From: Macrostomum hystrix
Taxonomy: Eukaryota; Animalia; Platyhelminthes
Length of the DNA: 64,000 nt
Direction: 5' to 3'
Assembly: GCA_950097015.1 (NCBI GenBank)
Contig: CATNEN010000030.1
Coordinates: forward strand, 2,294,001 to 2,358,000
Shown: positions 59,464 through 64,000 of the stretch, piece by piece
Layout: each line of letters starts with the position of its first letter
Position numbering within the stretch: position 1 is the first letter of the stretch
Position numbers and translations under genes: made by a program
The notes under the pieces: generated by a model
What the model saw: only the letters and a program-made list of their open reading frames with translations
What the model was told of the DNA's origin: nothing
Database searches by the model: none

Positions 59464-60580
59464 TCTAATAATCACCTGAACTACAGTCACTGTTCAACTT
59501 GACGTTCAAGTACAAACCCACTGTAAAAATGTAAAAAATAATACTTTTGACTCGTGTTTCACGCCGTAAGCACTTATTGGTTTTTTTTCTGCCTACGCTA
59601 ATCATTTTATAAAGACCTATTTGTGAAAGTCATAATTTAAAACGAATAAAATGTTCCTATCCTAGGCAAGCCAGTTTGGTTTAGCGGGATTAAATCATAA
59701 GAAAAACAAAAGCAGTCTTAACTTGTGTACATGTATATCACACCTGCTATAAGTACATCTTTGCTATTATTATCGCTCAGAATAGAATATGTTTCAGGAA
59801 GCTATTAATAAAACTACTACTATTTACCCATTTCAATGCCTTGCTTCTTACTATTAGTAGTAGAGAAAACAACAGCAAAGAAAAAAACTTACATAGAAAA
59901 CAAAGTTCGTTTTTTCAACTTGCATAGTAATATAAACAGAGTAAAGAAACGAAAAAAGTTTATTTTGTCACGTTTTTTATTTTCGTCTACGATTTTCAAA
60001 CACTGGCCCCTGTACGATTTCTGTAAACTCAAACTGTAGACAAAATCAATTTAAAAAGGCAGGAAATTGTGTGTATTAAAAGATTGATTTCAGTGACTGA
60101 GATACTGTATGATAATCAAGAATAAATGAAAATATCTTTAAAAAAGAGAAATGACAGTCATCCAGACTCTTTCTTAGCTTATTAACACGAGAACAGGTGC
60201 TGGTTAATTACATTTACATTTAATGTGCCAGAAAATAAGCACAACATAGAAAGACAGGAACATAAAAACTCTTATAATAACAGAAGGTTCTAGCGGTGAG
60301 GAAAATTAAAAAAGATTAAAATATGTTCAACTAACGAATTTATCTCAGCTGATATAAATTCCTCAAAGTACACGTGGAATGGATTTACGTTGTGACAACC
60401 ATGCAATTATAAACAATTCTTTAAATTACTATTCTGATGGCTAATAATCAAGTACAGAGGTGGCACATTAGATGGGGCGTTTAGAAAATGAATAAAACGG
60501 TGAGTTAAAGTTATTGCGATTCGGTTAAGCCATTGTCTATTATAAATTTTAATCAATCAAAAATCTACTTGGCTAGCCAT

Positions 60581-63824
<3,244 letters not shown>

Positions 63825-64000
63825 CCACTCACTACTGAAATGCATCAGACATTGCAAAGTGAACATACAAAATAAAGCAGCTATTAAGTTTAAACAAAAT
63901 AACAATCAAGCTACTACAGATCACACTGAAATGCATTTGAACTGACTGAAATAAAAGATTCACTATAAAAATACAATTAATTATTAAGTTCTATTTATAT

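Overview
Eukaryotic (metazoan) genomic DNA with GC-rich GT-AG exons in AT-rich introns full of minisatellites, SINEs and MITEs. The style suggests a free-living flatworm such as Macrostomum (inference, not verified). Seven conserved genes were reconstructed exon by exon with consistent intron phases: AP-1 sigma subunit (-), a 3xLOTUS + Tudor TDRD5/Tejas-like gene (+), MCM2 (+), NAA50 (+), INTS2 (+), PRPF6 (+) and TMEM184B-like (-). There are also two small secreted-protein genes: one with a farnesoic-acid O-methyltransferase-like domain, one an orphan. Mobile DNA includes two tRNA-derived SINE families (one with a CORE-like domain), several MITEs with checked TIR/TSD pairs (8-bp, 9-bp, TA, TTAA), a deleted mariner, a Ty3/gypsy-type gag-pro fragment with LTR, tRNA-Leu PBS and an intact -1 frameshift signal, and a BEL/Pao remnant. 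About 20 distinct tandem arrays are present. Best leads: (1) PRPF6 has no genomic start codon for its conserved N-terminus but has an in-frame splice acceptor, as expected if a flatworm spliced leader (which ends in AUG) supplies the start; (2) NAA50-INTS2-PRPF6 is a tightly packed same-strand run that may be a trans-spliced operon; (3) several minisatellites visibly grew out of transposon motifs. Most ORFs in the supplied track are shadow or repeat ORFs. All homology calls are from motif recognition by eye; no searches were run.
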